16,228 bases of DNA from a virus. The DNA is taken from the UHGV virus genome UHGV-1335354, one strand, 5' to 3'. The translations under genes and the position numbers were made by a program. Shown piece after piece: positions 15,636 through 16,228 of this stretch. The notes below the pieces were generated by a model that saw nothing but the letters and a program-made list of their open reading frames with translations, had not been told where the DNA came from and made no database searches. Position 1 is the stretch's first letter. The number at the start of each line of letters is the position of its first letter.

Positions 15636-16228
15636 ATGTTCGGTCTGAGGAAAGTAAATCGAAACACTCATACGTTTGAAACCACTTTTCAAAATTGGAA
15701 AGAAAATGGCGAAGATGTTGCATTATTAATGCCCGAATTTAGTGCTAAATGGCTACCGATAGCAGAAGAGAGTGGCAGCTGGTCTGGATGGGTATTGCTT
15801 GGAGAAATATTTCCCTTAATTTCATCTGAGCTCGCTGGGATGGCTTTAATGCCAGAAACGGAAAGGTTAATAGGGGAATGGCTCAGTTTATCCAGTTCCC
15901 CGTTAAATCTAAAGCATCCTGAACTAAAATATAATCGTTTGCGCGTAGGTAAAGTATTTGATGGAGTATTGAGCCCTGCTCAACCACTAATAAGAATATG
16001 GACAGGGGAATTGAATCTTTGGTTAGATAAAGTCACAGTCTGCCAATACGGAAACGCTCCAGCGTTAGACAAAAAATCGTTATATTGCTCCATTCATTTT
16101 GTAATTGGATTTAGTAAAACATGTTACAGAAGTCTTGTTGATATTGAAGTTGGTGATGTTTTATTAATCTCAAATAATTTGGCTTATGCGGTTATTTATA
16201 ATACAAAAATTTTTGATTTAATTTATCC
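15636..16228 (+). CDS. type III secretion SctQ/SpaO-family protein (EpaO-like), 5' part; continues past the window end
   Basis: GAAGGA Shine-Dalgarno; segments WSGWVLLGE...LAGMAL and HFVIGFSKTCYRSLVDIEVGDVLLI parallel Salmonella SpaO (WSAWIKPGDW...LAGAAV; RFVIGSSDTQRSLLGRIGIGDVLLI) as recalled. Confidence 0.65.
   Translation, partial: MFGLRKVNRNTHTFETTFQNWKENGEDVALLMPEFSAKWLPIAEESGSWSGWVLLGEIFPLISSELAGMALMPETERLIGEWLSLSSSPLNLKHPELKYNRLRVGKVFDGVLSPAQPLIRIWTGELNLWLDKVTVCQYGNAPALDKKSLYCSIHFVIGFSKTCYRSLVDIEVGDVLLISNNLAYAVIYNTKIFDLIY

Noticed and set aside
14302-15723. Minus-strand ORFs 14302-14529, 14667-14867, 15508-15723
   Set aside because: First two are antisense to the GH15-like gene; the third is a hydrophobic low-complexity frame with no start signals overlapping the SctQ-like gene's ribosome-binding site.

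Overview
The window starts inside tRNA-Gly(CCC) (glyU-type, 1-55, 5' end cut by the window edge). A ~13.6 kb integrative island follows (56-13661), closed by a 22-bp direct repeat of the tRNA 3' end (13640-13661) and a tyrosine integrase (12334-13554, minus) beside that repeat. Reading left to right the island holds: a small + strand ORF; a minus-strand module of serine recombinase, an unannotated 55-aa hydrophobic peptide and a lipoprotein; a 1.7 kb ORF-free, repeat-rich region (23-bp and 11-bp tandem repeats, a (TTTTTTG)7 tract, palindromes); a + strand operon of about ten small proteins, including an RHH-like ORF missing from the ORF track and an HTH protein; an orphan near-consensus sigma70 promoter with palindromes and a terminator; and a + strand operon with well-adapted codon usage encoding a decoration-like protein, a lambda-gpE-sized capsid-like protein and a coiled-coil glycine-rich tape-measure-like protein. 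I found no terminase, portal, protease or any Walker-A ATPase, so my leading hypothesis is a phage-satellite-like or otherwise unusual capsid-encoding integrative element; a decayed prophage is the alternative. Beyond the right repeat lie a secreted GH15-like glycoside hydrolase and the 5' part of an SpaO/SctQ-like type III secretion gene, which suggests the island sits between glyU and an ETT2-like locus. All family assignments are from motifs read by eye; no searches were run.
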